Origin: Hydrolagus colliei
Lineage: Eukaryota
Length of the DNA stretch: 64,000 bases
Reading direction: 5' to 3'
NCBI GenBank assembly: GCA_035084275.1
Contig: CM068756.1
Span: 7,936,001-8,000,000, forward strand
Part shown: piece after piece, positions 36,698 through 50,769 of the stretch
How positions within the stretch are numbered: the first letter of the stretch is position 1
Layout of the letters: every line of letters begins with the position of its first letter
Notes under the pieces: model-generated
The model's database searches: none
What the model saw: the letters and a program-made list of their open reading frames with translations, nothing else
Told to the model about the DNA's origin: nothing
Position numbers and translations under genes: made by a program

Positions 36698-39600
36698 GTT
36701 GTGTAAAGTAAACCATTTGATAGGTTTGAAAGGACTGTGCCATGGCAGTGATATCGTTACTTATGGCCCATAGAATGAAACATTTTTAAGAATGTACTTT
36801 TTCTTTGCAAATGCATCTTTTGAGCAAAAACCTTTAAATACACTTCAAAAGCCCTGCTTCAGATTTACCAATGACTTGTGGAGTGTACTCCTTTGTCTGC
36901 TGACTCAAGTTTTCCTCTGTTTAAGCGGTGACTTGCAAACACTGTTTGTGTAGCAGACTTCAAAATATTACTTTGTATTTATAAAATATATTGGACTGAA
37001 AATGACATGAGCGTCTATAAAGGACATTGGCTTTTTATGTCCTAGTGTTTAACTATTACTAGCCCTGTGTTAACAAGCTAAATCTAATGCAATCCTGTAA
37101 TCCAGCGTTAGTATATTGTACTCATATGTATACATTCCCATCTTGTTTAATGTTTTCTGACAGCCATGTATAAAAACACATATTTAAATTTAAAGCTGTA
37201 TTCAGTACATATTGTACCGTTCAGTTGTGAAACTACTTATGTAACACAGTTCATAATGTTCCCTTCTGAAAGCAAATTGGTTTCTGTATCCCTTTAATTG
37301 AATATTTTTCCTTTCAGTATTTTGTATAGTATATATGGATGGTTTTGATTAAATGCTTTATTTATTTAATAGTAAAACTGTGTCAACAGAAACCCCTTTT
37401 CATTAAAGGTAAACTAGTCAATTATATGAAAGTAACCCGTGTCACTGTGCATCATTATTTGTCAATGTTCAAAAAACGTTTAATGAGTTAATATGAACAT
37501 GATTCTTTCTTCAGACGTACCAGAAGGGAGTGAAATGCACTGTTGGAAACTGTGGTTGAAGCATAAAAAATTGTGTATTTGACAGGAAATTTAATGCATA
37601 CGTAAAGGTGAAGGGAATAGAGGGGGTTCGGAGTTTCAGGCCATCTTTTTCGGAGGGGTGGAGACTCACGTTTCGGTATAAATACGGTCAAACTGGTTGA
37701 GATTATAATGGCCTGTTTCTGTTTTGTACTATTGTGTGTAATTCTACATAGTGGCTCTTGGCTCAAAAATGCTGTATAATTACTGTGCAAACAATGGTGG
37801 TAAATGAGAAGCTGCTAATCAGAAACAATGCCTGATAAACGGATCTGTAAGTACTGCAGTGTGCAGTACTGCCTCACTCACATTCATTGGATGTGAGGGA
37901 GTATTACTTTGTTACAGGGCATTAGGGACCAGTGATTTGTAATGTGTCTGCATGCCATTTTGGCAAAAAGTCTTACTTGGAGAATAAGAGAATTGCTTTT
38001 AGCCTCTTGAGACACTCTCTGTACGTTATGTTGCATTGCACAGCTTCATTTACATTATTCATGTTGCGAAAAGTTTGAAAACAAATAATTGCTAATAATT
38101 AAGGTTCCAGAGAAGAAAGAAATGACTTGTGTTTTCGTAGCGTCGTATCTCAACGATACATTTCAGACAGAAGTGTAGTATTTTGGTAGGCAACTACAAC
38201 AGGCATTGGCTTGAACAACATCCCACACACATCCTTGAGTTAATTGTCATGTGGCATTGTGAGGCTTATAAACACTGGCATGGAGTAGTTGGATTGCATG
38301 GTCTTTTTCTGTGCTGTAATGTTGTTTGCGATTCCTTGTCAATTAAAACAATTATTCTGGAGGATTATTGAGCAGGACACCTGAAGCCAAACCAAAAAAG
38401 ATATATCATGGGACACTGCAGATCCCTGATAAGGGAATGTAAACCTGCACCTTGAGCTTAATATGACCTACATTAACGGACAGGCTGCACTTGATAATAA
38501 GAAAAAACTTTTTATCCTTCTGGTCAAGTTTCCTCCTCCCATAGAAGTGTTTGAGCCTATCACATACACACAATTTCAGACTTAAAATGACTCTTTCTGA
38601 CCTCTCACAAACACACACATTTTCCAAGAGTGTTGGGAGGCAACAATTATGATGATCCTTGCATTTTTTCGAACAAAAATAATGATCCTTGCATTTGATA
38701 CAGTGCGTTGAGATGTCTCAAAGTAGTTCACAGAAAGTGGATTGACTGTATTTTGTGGGAAAAACATATCTATATTATACAATATGCTGGAGGGGGTGGG
38801 GGTTGCTCAGACCCTGTTTGTATTTGTCACACCACCAGATACAGTACAAACAGCTAGAGGCGGAATCTCCTTCCTGGGATTCTCTGTACGGATAGCATTT
38901 TAACTATAAGCCTGTGTCCTTTGCATATTGAAAGTATGTTCTGGGTGCAAGTTTTGGGTGAAACTCCACTGCACCCATTAGTCCAGTCCAGAAACCCTCT
39001 AGGATTACTTGCACCTTAGGACTCCTCCTTCTACAATCAGTTTGAGAAATAAATCGAGGCTTATTTATTTGTTACCTTTTCCACATTATCACTAGTCCAC
39101 TCAGGCAGTGAAGAACTGAGGATATGCAAGAATAGGACAATACAAGCATCAGGCAACTATTATCAGGAAGTTAATAATAGAATATAAAGTTAATAATAGA
39201 ATGTACATTTTTGTTTAAATTCAACTACATGTAACCTGAATGAAACTGATTCCTCATTTTTTAAAACTAACTTCCATTTTGCTCCTGGCTTTCTTTAATA
39301 TATGCAAATCTATATCAACTAATTGGTTCATTCTGCCCTATTGGATATAATAAACTTCCATTGTATAAGAACAAAGTCCAAAGGAGGTAAGTATGAAGTA
39401 CGGTGGCAGTAATTGTAAACATATTACACCATGTAATATTCTCTGTGTGGATACGTTTTTGCATTAAACCCTGTAAATAATCAGCCCACGTAAATGTTTT
39501 TTTTAATGGATCCCTAAAGACCATTGTGCCAGTTCTAAAATGGAGGGCTAAATTTAGGTCCCAGTTTGCACATTATCTGGATACTGTTAAAATGAATAGC

Positions 39601-42600
39601 TATGCTGAGAATTATTCATTCTGCAGGGATGTTGCCTTCACCAACACACCAATAAATATAAGGGGAATTAACAGCGATTGAAAGACTCAAGAAGCATGGA
39701 TCCATTTCTCCATTAATTCTGTGGCTGATAGTAATAATAAGATATCATGTTTAGTTGCAAAGTACATTAGGGATCGAATATACTGGGATTTTTAATGGTA
39801 TTCTTCAATCTGGGAATTCCAGTGATGATTCCTTCCAGAACCGGAAGTATGTTCTGCAAGTCGAGCTGACTGCTAAAGTTTCTGATTAACTAAGTTTTGA
39901 CACTCGTGCAAACTATTAATATATATGACTTTAAAAAAATATATTATGGTGTCTCACTTATTTCCTGAAACTACAGGCATATTAACATCTGATAGGCATT
40001 ATGTACATTACATGGCTTGAGAGAGAGTGTGAGAAAGCAAGGAGGGAAGGAAGGAGTAAACATTAAAGTCAGGTCAGAGGGAAATCTTGGGGGAATTTAA
40101 TTGGTTTGGATGAACTGACCTCAAACAATCATTTGCCAATTTTCTTTGAACAAATTGTTTCTTTTTTTAATCTGTTTCTCCAAATCATAAGGACAGAGAA
40201 TTGAATTTTTCTATTTAACATAACATTTATTCCACAAATACCAACAATCTCACTAGGTACTTTTATCATCTTAACAACATTACTAGTGCAGACAAAGATT
40301 TAGTATTTCGACAAGAAAAACTATTTGTTCCCATTTCACGTAATCAAACATTTCTGTCTAAATGTTAGACACAAGGCATATTAATACATAGAATAACTAT
40401 CTTAATATGTTTACTATAGTTCATAGAATATTTAGTGAACTCATTGTAGCTCTTTGTCACAACAAATATCAAATAATAACATGGAAGCCTCTTAGTGAGC
40501 CTCTGCTGTAGCATTGCCTCCAGTAAATTCTGTTTCTCTGTTCCAATCTTATTTTCCTCCCAGACATTTCTCACTTTGTGCCACTTTATGTGCATTGGGA
40601 TGACCTTGCTCTTTGATTTACAGTACTCGTGTTGCGGTTGCACTCCTTGCAAGAAAGAACGACATTGAAAAGGCTAGTCTGACTTGGTGGGAGTACCCTT
40701 GCCTCGGAGTCGGGAGGACATGGGTTCAAGCACCACATTGGTTGTATTTATATCTGCGGCATTGTGATCAGACCACTAATATGCAACTTCTGTAACATGT
40801 GAGTGCTTTGAGATGCTATTCTGAATGAATTGACACTATATAAATGCAAGTTGTTGTCATATTTGTCATGATTGTCTCATTTAATTTCTGTTCTGACACT
40901 CTGGGAATCAGTTGACTCCAGTGACCAAAGATTAACCGGTGGAGAGAAATGGCCGTTATTACTGTAATGCCTTTATTCAGTTATTTCTTATCAGGTTTTA
41001 TTACAATATATTTATATTTTGCTAGTGTTTTCTATTCTTTGCTGATATTACTTAACAAATGAACACAATGCAGAGAGTTGTTCTTTCCACATTACATGAG
41101 TCATTCTACAGCGTATAGATAAGAAATGAAGCTGTCGTAAATGCACAATCAAAGACCGAGAACATGGGTTCCTTAGAAGTCATTCATGTCAAACTAGTTT
41201 ATTTTATTGTTAAATTCAGCCTTTACCAGCCTTTACTGATAATACATCTGTGTGTCAGTCCTGCTTAGTTGCCCATGTCTAAAAGGTGGACATGAATAGA
41301 ATTGAATTTATTTCTGTTGGCAGAAGTCCAAAATGGAATAGCCTCTGGTGTACAGAGTGGAAGTTCTGTGGTTGGTTTTCTAAGTCCTAATTAAGTCTCA
41401 TTATTGAAATTGGATTTATAACTCGCTTGCTGAATTAGTTACAGGTTCATTGCAAAATCTAGGCGGGCATACAAAATGAATGTTCATTTTCTATTATGTA
41501 ACTGTTCATGAAAAGTACAAAATAATGGGTTTTCTTATGTAATGCGAAGGCACCTGAGAAATTTCCCCCTTTTTAATTGTATTTTTCTCCACTCCAATCT
41601 TCTCTAACTTCCAAGCACCAGCTGAGCTGTAATGAGTTGCTGATGTTCACCTGTATATAAAAACAATTGTCAAGATATCAAATGTGTGTCTCAGCTTAAA
41701 TCAATCAGTTCATCAGATAGCATGTCTAAAGTGATCATGGACACTGCAAAACTTCAGCATTGCATTGTCTGCTTCCGCAGTTCCACAATCGTCTTTCTGT
41801 TGATTCTCTTCTATGAAAGTCTCAACCATATTCCAACCAACTCAATTTTGGCAATCTATTCCATTCACTCCAAGAGCACTAATGGTCTATCAAAATCTCT
41901 TCCACTCAAACCATTATCTTATGTCACACTGCCCTAATTTTTTCTTTGATGGGCATACAACTTCGCAAGTACATAACCACATCAGTTATATCCAAATAAC
42001 TATTTTGTAATTGTTCAGGCTCTGCTGAAATATGAGTCAAGTCATTAGAAAAAGAAGATACTGTTTGCAGGTGGTGAGCATAGGTGTGGTTTTCAACACA
42101 ATATCCATGCACCAGGAATAACTTCGAGAGATTTGTCGAATTGAATGGTGTCATACTTATTGACACGACCCCACTGTGGAATTTAAATTAATTTGACAGC
42201 ATCTGATAGACAGTAAACATTACATTTGCATTAACTTTCTGTTCAAAAATTTTTTTTGAAAATCATTACAGTCTTATCTATTACAGTCTTATCTATTAAA
42301 AAGCAAATATTTCTGGTGAAAAACATTGTAATCCAACATGTTAACTGAAAAATCTTAGCTCTGAAGTTCTATTCATTTAATATATTTTCCACAGATTACT
42401 TGTGACTAGTTATGAGCAGCAATTTCATTGATATGTCCATTACTGTATGTTCTGATTTGATCATTCTTAATAGATTATAGCACAAAAGCTTTTGTTGTAC
42501 AGTATTATGATATCACTTACCTTACAGCAGAGAAGCCCCATGGAAACGACCCCTATTAATAGTTTGAGGCCTGGAGAGAGCACATTCAGTTTGGTTTGAG

Positions 42601-42984
42601 ATGACCTGAACTGAATGCAATTCCCCAGGGTTTAAGCCTTATACCAAGCGCAGCCCCCAACTCAGCTCACACACTGCCAGCTATTGAATTACCTGCCTGA
42701 TTGAAAACCAGAGTTTTGATTTTAAGCTGAAATCAGCAGGGAAGTCATATCAGCCATTTATAACAGCCCTGATGCAAATCAGCTGCTCTGGAATTCCATA
42801 CAATTTGAAGGTCAGGGTTAGTTTGGAGTATGATCAGAACCTCAGGGCCTTGGGACATCCTCCCAACGTGAAAGGCGCTCTTCAAATGTAATTTTGTTGT
42901 TTTATTGCTGTTCTACAACTTATACTTTTTACGTAGAATGAATAAGTTGGAAAGACTGCTGTTTTTCCTATTGAATGTTTAGAG

Positions 42985-43391
42985 GTAGCAGCATTGCTAA
43001 GTTGACAGCACTTCTGAAACAAAAGGTTGTGGGTTCAAGCCTCACATTGAGGCTTTGAGCTCATAGTCTAAACTAACTATCCAGTGCAGTGCTGGGGGAG
43101 CGCAGCATTAGCAGAGGTGCCATCCTTCAGATGAGACGTTAAACAGGGGTTTGCCTGCTCAGATCGATATTAAACAACCCATAGCACTATTCGAAGAGAG
43201 AAGGCAATTTCTCCTAGTGCCCTGGTCAACAATACCCTAGATGAAAAATGGTCATTTACAGCATTGATGTATGTAGGACATTGCTGTGTGCAAATTGGCA
43301 GCTGTGTTTGTCCATAAACACATGGTTGTTATACCTTCAGAAGGACTTTGAGACAATTCAGCATGATAAAGCACAATAAGGATTATTATTA
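42985..43391 (+). mobile_element. Deu-domain SINE (family B)
   Basis: ggttgtgGGTTCAAGCC B box; core cagtgcagtgctgggggagcgcagcatt...ttcagatgagacgttaaac...cccatagcactattcgaaga; tail aaggattattatt. Confidence 0.8.
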
Positions 43392-44860
43392 GATTTACAG
43401 CTACCATATTGGGGTTGGAAAATGCAATAATAGCAAACTGGAAGATAAAATTTACACTTAGCTTCTGGACTATGGATATTACATTTTGATCCCATTATTA
43501 ATGCATATTAATACTCCAGAGTTTAAATTGTAAATGAGTAAAATATAAAATTATAAAATACAGTGGCAATATCGGAGAGTGTCTGTGGCATTGCAAATAT
43601 TTGTGGATATTCTGATGAATAAATTGGCATCAGTAACAGCTCTCTATAATCTTTAGGTTTGGGTTCCCTGTATTTGATTCACACTGTGAAATTGACAGCA
43701 TTGAATTTCCAGAACACTATTCTTAAAATGCAAACAAATCTGATTCTGTTTTCAAGATTAAAATAGCCTTTCAGATATCCAAAAAGATGGGTAACAACAA
43801 CAAAATTATATTTGTATAATGCCTTTCACATCACATGGTGTTTGTAGGATATTGCCGAGTGCAAATTTCACCCACCAATACATAATCACTATACTTTACA
43901 GTAAAATCCTATGAGGCGCTTTGGGACTTCCTCCCAATGTGAAAGGTGCTATACTATTATTATTATTACAATGCTAACATCTACTGACAAAGGATTGATG
44001 CGGCAGGGTAAGAGAGGGGATGGTTGTCCCTATGCAAATTACATTTTAAATTGGATTTTGCAGTGTGCAAGAATCCCTGTGGTTCTGGGAGCCCTGGAGA
44101 ACATATAGGAACAAAGACGATTTATTTCCTCCTCCAAAGTAAAAGCTAATGTAGAGAGGAGAGTACATACTAGTGGTATTTTCTCATGTGAAACTACAAA
44201 ACTCCCTGCTATAAATATTCACCACATTTAATTAACCCACATTTAAGCCCTAATCAGTTAATTCTTCAAAGTCTTCACATCAGAGCCTCACACCTTCCCT
44301 GTTGTGGTTCTAATGTCATGATGATACTTCATTTTGGAAAACGGTTCAAACCTCAAATTGGCTAAAATCCAATCTCTAAAATGTAATACAGTTTACCCAA
44401 TTTATGCATGCTGTATCGGTGCCAGTTTAAGCAAGGCTCGACTCAGAGATGTATTTAATGCCAATACCATTCAGACTATGCCAAGATAACCTGGCATGAG
44501 TTCCACAGATGAATCTCTTTCTGTTCTGGTCAGTGAATTCACCTCTGCTCCACTTTCCCTACCACACCATATATCATATTGCATCTGCCCATTCCATCTG
44601 TTACAGCTGCTATTTCACTTTATCTCTCACTCCATGAAGTGTAAAGAATTGTTTGCTTGTGTAGGGTTCTTCGGGATTGTCTCCCAGAAGAGGTAGATAA
44701 GTCTATGGAGGAGGCAGTTGGAGAGTTCTCTCAGCATGCACCAAGTGGGATATTGTACAGTGGCTTTTATTGCTGCCACATGTAAAGATAATGATGTGCC
44801 AAGAGGTTGGATGACATGCTCAATCCAATGATGATTGGGGTATAAGATTTTAACTATCAG

Positions 44861-45040
44861 GTGTCAGCCGGGCTCAACATTGTTGCCTTCCCAACTCTGA
44901 GACAAAAGTTATGCGTTTAAGCCTCATGTCAGCATTTGAGATCATTGTGCAAACTGAAACTCCAGTGAAGCATTGGGAAAGCCCCGCATTGTCAGAGATG
45001 GTGTCCTATGAAAACCCAGCTGCCTATTCTTCAGGTGGAG
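44861..45040 (+). mobile_element. 5' half of a decayed Deu-domain SINE
   Basis: gtgtcagcc..gctca head, actccagtg..gcattgggaaagc..cgcattgtcagag and ttcaggtgga match family B. Confidence 0.55.
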
Positions 45041-46369
45041 ATTGATTTTTTGCATTGTCTGTAACATTGCTCCTCTGACCTCCGAATTTCCTTTCAATTG
45101 ATTTTCCTGATTTCTACATTATTCAATTTAACAGTTTTCGTTTCCTACCGATATTAAGTTTCCTCGTCAATACATGCAGGCTTTTAAGTTAAGTTTTGGG
45201 TTGTTTTGATAAAACAGCCCATAGTTGCTGAACTAAACACAATGATATGTGTTTAAGCATAGAGACTGACTCAGTAAAGAAGCGCGGGTATGATCAGTCA
45301 ATTAAACTGTCAGGAACAATCCTTCCTACGGTCTGCCATCTGTGAGGAAAACATTTGGCAGTCTTGTCTAGTTGAATATGAGCATCTCTCTGGCTTCTGC
45401 GACATCCATTTCTTCATTGTTTCGCTGTCTGAAGTGTAGACTGCTGACAAAGTTGGACACTTGACTTTATTATGTACACGGTTGCTGCAATGTTACAGGA
45501 ACATGTCGCAAGATTGGGAAGGTGGTGGTCAGAAACCACTATGCATTGGGAGCTGATTCACAGTTGCAGTTTTCAATCAAAAATTTTGGCTTGGGAAAGG
45601 CAGCAAGTAGGACTTTGGGATCACAATTTAATATCCTGAGCTCAAATAGAGGCATGGGTTTGGAACAAAGGAGCTATGCTGGTGAGCTCAGAAATGGGTT
45701 GGTTGTAAAAAATGGGAGCTGAGCAAAGATCATCTGGAGAGGTTAAAAAGCATAGAACGACGACAGAGAAGCAGATTCTCTAAAGCAGTTGGAAAGACCA
45801 GGAAAAAAAGTGGATCTGCAATTAAAATGACTATTATGAAAACAGAAGTTGGACAAAAGAGGAGTAAGGAAAGGGGAGGAAGTTTTTTAATGTAAAGAGT
45901 GAAACTGAAGGAATTAAACTGCTGGAGAGAAAATATGAAATAAAGCAGGAAAGGTTTGCGGTAAGAAAGAGAGAGGTAGAACATGATGGCTAGAAAAAAT
46001 CTCTCTGTACTTTAATTTTTAGAAATTTCACTTTAGACCAAATATTTCTATGACTTCAAAAAAATTTTTTCATTTAGAGCTCTGTACAATTCAGTGCATT
46101 AGGTAGTGCATGCTGAGATGCGTTGGCCACTGGGAAACTTTTACCTACCATCCACCTAGTGAGGGTTCAAACCTGTGCTTGTCGGAGGTCAAATGACCAA
46201 CTAGTGACCATTCTCCTCGGGTGGGGGATGGTAACTGGGGTCTCCTTGGAGCTGAACTGGCTTCAAAGTAACATGACCGACACGAAATGTCGACAACAGA
46301 ATCAAGCTGGTCCTCTGTGACAATCTAGTCCGGTTCCTGAGTGAGGTGGGTCCACAGTATTCCAGGACA

Positions 46370-46835
46370 CTGTTGATTACTCGATCACCCCATCCTCGCC
46401 TGGCTCCTCTGGCTCCTCTGGCTCCCCAAGCCTCAGAGGATCAAATTCAAGATCCTCATTTTCAAGGCCCTCCACGGCCTTGCCCCCTCCTACTTGCTGA
46501 CCCAATAGTAACCTGTCCACTCCCTCCATTCAGCAGGCTCTGGCCTGACCCATCCTACCACTGGTGGTTGGGGCTTTCAGCCGCTCTGCCCCACACTTTG
46601 GAACTCCATCCCACAATCCCTTTGCCTTGTTCTCTCCCTTACCTCCTTCAAGATCGGTCTCATTACCCTCCTCTTCGACTATGCTTTTAACCACTATCAT
46701 ACCTCTCTGCCCTCCCTCATCCCAACCCTGTCCCCCACCCCCTTGCTCGGGACCTGATCCCTAACTATCCAGCATCTTGGGACATCCTACCAATGTGAAA
46801 GGCACTCTATAAGTGTAACTTTATTGTTGTTGTTG
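46370..46835 (+). mobile_element. L2 LINE 3' fragment
   Basis: IKFKILIFKALHGLAPSYL and GGWGFQPLCP/LWNSIP-like segments, then the tail gtgaaaggcactctataagtgtaactttattgttgttgtt. Confidence 0.75.
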
Positions 46836-49800
46836 ATTACAGCATAGTCAACCTGGCGCATCGGCAGGGCCTGAAAGGGCAGACCATTCACTGGGGGAGG
46901 AATCTTCCCATTCAGCTCCTATTAACCCTGCAAACCAAAGCCTAACAGGTAGGATGGTCCTACATGGAAAAGCAGCGGGAATGTTTGGCGGACAGCTATT
47001 TCAATGACAAGCTATGTGGTTTTACCTGGTTAGAATACAGCATTACCCCAACACTACACTCTGGGGTCCCCAAGCCTTGGCTCTTGCCAACCTGCAACTA
47101 ATACTTTCTGGAATTAGGTAAGCAAGATGCCTCCCTCCAGGGAGAGAATGTACAGTCCATTCCAACAATTTATCTGTGGGATTTCCATGTGTAGGTGGGA
47201 TGCATGGAAATCTCAGCATGGTTTGTATACTCTTAAGCATGGTGCTGGATTTCCGTATGTGCCAGACACCTGGCTGACCAAAACAAAAATGTTCACTTTA
47301 CAGTAGGAACCTGCCCTTAACTCAAATGTAGTAAATAAGCCTCCACCTCCTACATACAGTACAAGGTGACATTGAAATAGAATGCAGCTAGAGCAGCCAT
47401 CTCATAAGATTGTCCCACATAATTGTTGGAAGCATAAAAGTGCTAAGAGAAAATTGTACTGTACTCGGTGCAACAGACTGTTTCCCAGAAGTGACTTTGG
47501 TATAGATAGTAATGTTGTAGGCGTGGTCAGAGTTCTGCTTTATACTTTCTTGGGAAAAGTTCCATGTGAGGAGTAGTGGTATGTGAAACTCCACTGCTGA
47601 CATATCTGTGTGTATTATTTGGATAGATACAGAATGGCAGGTATGGCTGCAACAGAACAGTATAGCAAGGAAGTATGAGAGTCTGGAGTAACCACAAGCA
47701 ACATCTGTGGTGTAATCTTACAGAAGGCTGATAGTCTGGTAACATTCTTTCAATATTGTAAATGACTGGAATATGTAATAGGCCATTGTCATTAAGCCTC
47801 CTGTCCACATGACTTCAGAGAGGATTGAGTCCAGAAGCACCACCTGGGCTTTCTCTGCAGCGAGCTGTAGCCCATCTGCTGATAGGTCTTTAAGACCTAC
47901 TTTGGGCAGCACATGGATTTGCAACACCACTTTCACGATTAGACGTGGGAAGTTGAATTTGTGCTTTGTGCTTTTAACCGCTGCTTGTAAATGACCTACA
48001 GCAGAGAAAACGAGCCACTGGTTCCCAAATCTGAACTGTATCTTCTTAATCTTGATTTTTTTTTCACTTTAGTCACGAAAGACTTGATTTCCAGTAAGGT
48101 GTTGTTTAAAATTCAGTCCACGATCCTTTCGAGAAGCAGCTGATATCGGTCACTTCATATACAAATGGCTCATTTCTCCTGGTTAAAGCACCACCATCAT
48201 TCAAAGCTGTCATCTTTTAATCTCTGCAATTTTCAAGAGTTCAAAGCAATCTGTGTAACATCTTGATTTGAATTAACCTGATTCGAACATTAGACCTGGC
48301 TTCAAGAAACAATCATCTATGCTGTTCACAAATCACAGTTGTAACCCACCACAGATGTTCATGTTTTGCTGACTTTTATTCATTTTAACAGTGGATGCAA
48401 TTTAGAGACTAGTCGTTATCAAGTCATATTAATGGATTTGCATTAATACTCTATGGAAACCATTACCAATGAGCACATTTGAAATTTACGATTAAGTTTA
48501 CAAATTTGCTGCCCCGCGTATCAAAGTTCCATGACAACCATTAGTAATGGGAAGTTTCATACAGAAGTAATAATCTTGTGACTGTGTTGGTTTGCTCCTA
48601 CTTTTGATAGCCTTTCTTATCTCGATCTGTTTCCAAGGCAACAGAGCAAAGGAACTCAAAAAACAGTTCGGTATTTGAAGCAAATCAAATAAGCAGAAAT
48701 ATAACATGACCTGAACCAATATGAAGTTACATTGGCAGATTGCTCCACACACCATGTTTATTATATGCATGTACCTTTGTTCTGTGAAGGAGACAGCTGT
48801 TTTCAGATCAACACATTTGACATCTATTTATACAAGAATGCAATAGGGAGGTCTGTTTTCCATGCTGTAGTGCTCCATCTGTCTTTCTACAGGACTGCAT
48901 GCATACTACAAATTTAAGGGTTCTGGCTGTACAAATATATTAGTCTTGGCAAAGAAGCAAATCTTTCATGAGTTTTTACTTCAACAAATAAACTTGCTGA
49001 ATTATATGCAGTGCACTTGATTTTGGCAGTTGATATATCAGGACTGAAGTTTTGCAGTTACAAAATTGAATGAACTCTGAATGCCTTCTCAATTTAGTAC
49101 CCAGACAGTCATACTTTCCTTCAAATTATGTACCAATTTTATATCAGAAACATTTGATTAATTTCTTTTCTTTTAAATGTTTATTCTGGAGCACTGGTAT
49201 TTTTGAGACCAATAACAAACTGAATACAGTACTTCCCCTGGGTTTTAACCTTATGATGCTTACCTAAAATCTGGATATGCATTGACCTTCAGCATACATA
49301 GAATGACCGACATGACTCTTGCAAATGAAGATAAATTCCTTGTGTCTTTTCCTTTAAAATATCAGATACAGTACAACAAATACATAAACAACAATGCAGT
49401 TAGCATCTGATTTTTGTAAGCAATTTACATTTCAGAATAGACTTGACAAAACCCACCTGCTTTCATTGTTTTCTTTTCTTGTGCTCTTTACCACTCAAGG
49501 TGACTGACTTAACCGGTATTCATATTCTTTGGACATTTTTTATATTTTACAGAAGTTATATTTCTTTTACTGTCCTCCGGGCTCCTCTAACCCCACTACT
49601 CTCTTTCAGCTAAGAAGATGAGATGATCTCACAGTCGGCATCAATGCTAATCAATATCTGCTGACAGGAGGTAGACTTTGTTAAGAAGTAAGGTTCTCCC
49701 CAGTTACCTGCTACCCTCTTGAGCTGGTGTGCTGAACCGCAGCAAGATATTCCATCTTTCATCTTGGCTGGGAAGTAAAGTAAGTCACCTGTACAGGACT

Positions 49801-50769
49801 TGATCAAAGTCAAAGTCAGGGCTCGACTCAGCATGGAAGCTACAAGTGGTACCACTTGCTGTTTCCTATTGGTTTAAAGAAGGAAAAGGCTACAAACAAT
49901 ATCTTGGCCACAAGGCCTCATCCAAGTCGGATGTGGAGTAAAAAGGGAAAGAAAAACTGAGCTAAGCTGGGGAGCACAGCCATCGAGAAATCTAAAGAGG
50001 GAACAAAAGATATGAAACACAGAACATTGTATTTGAAATAAAATGGTTTGAGCAGATAAAGAGGGCTGAGAAAATGACATCTGAATTGTTCGAAAAAGGT
50101 GACACTAGGCTTGTAGCTGACGTTGGAAGTGAAAAGTAATGACAATAAGAAACAAAAAAGGTTAAGTGGGAAAAAGGATATAAGAGGAATGTGAAATAAA
50201 AGTTAATATAATCAATATGACCCAACCAAAAATAGCAATAACCATGAAGGCATTGCCTTTCATGGTTATTTAGAGCCAATGAGAAGAATTCCATCTCTTA
50301 GTGATATGTCTCCCTTCCAAGGCCCTTTGACAAACTAGGCAGACTCGTCAATAGATAATAGTGCCTGGAATACTGTGGACCCACCTGGTTCAGGCAATGA
50401 AACCCTGAGTATATCACGGAAAGAAGGAAGCAAAGTAAAGGCAAGGGGGAAGAGAATTTATAAAACTTAATGTGACCATTTAACTGGGTAGTCAAGTGAA
50501 ATTGTGTTTGATTGTTGTGAAGCTGGGTTTCGTCAAGGCATTTTACAAGTACTGTACACCATTTTTCATTTTCTGACGGGCTGGACTTAGTTTCAGTGGG
50601 AATGTCACACAAAGTCACTTGAATGCACCCTAAAGGAGCTGCAGAGATTGGGAATGTCTTGCAAGGCCCCTGGAGAGGGTTCATTTCCCGGAATGTCCAG
50701 CAGAGTTGCCTAATGTTAGACAGATGTGCACAGACTGCGATTGCTCTCTTCCCCAGAGTTTCTCCTAAC

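Larger units (their letters stand above)
34728..37430 (+). other. NKD1: Probable NKD1 3' UTR (3' end uncertain)
   Basis: U-rich, SINE-poor sequence after the stop codon. AATAAA at 36428 and 36552, ATTAAA at 37348 and 37402, AU-rich element TTATTTATTTA near 37358. The end point is inferred, not proven. Confidence 0.55.

Noticed and set aside
39168-39205. Short direct repeats (also 21574-21604, 42264-42298, 46400-46427, 63826-63871) as a CRISPR-like or functional array
   Set aside because: Only two or three adjacent units with no series of unique spacers; typical slippage duplications in a vertebrate genome.
46346-46764. Proline-rich ORFs
   Set aside because: Off-frame translations of a C-rich L2 LINE remnant.
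47883-47900. Small palindromes (taggtctt-t-aagaccta; cacctact-agaa-agtaggtg near 56253)
   Set aside because: 8-bp arms are expected by chance in 64 kb, and there is no supporting context.
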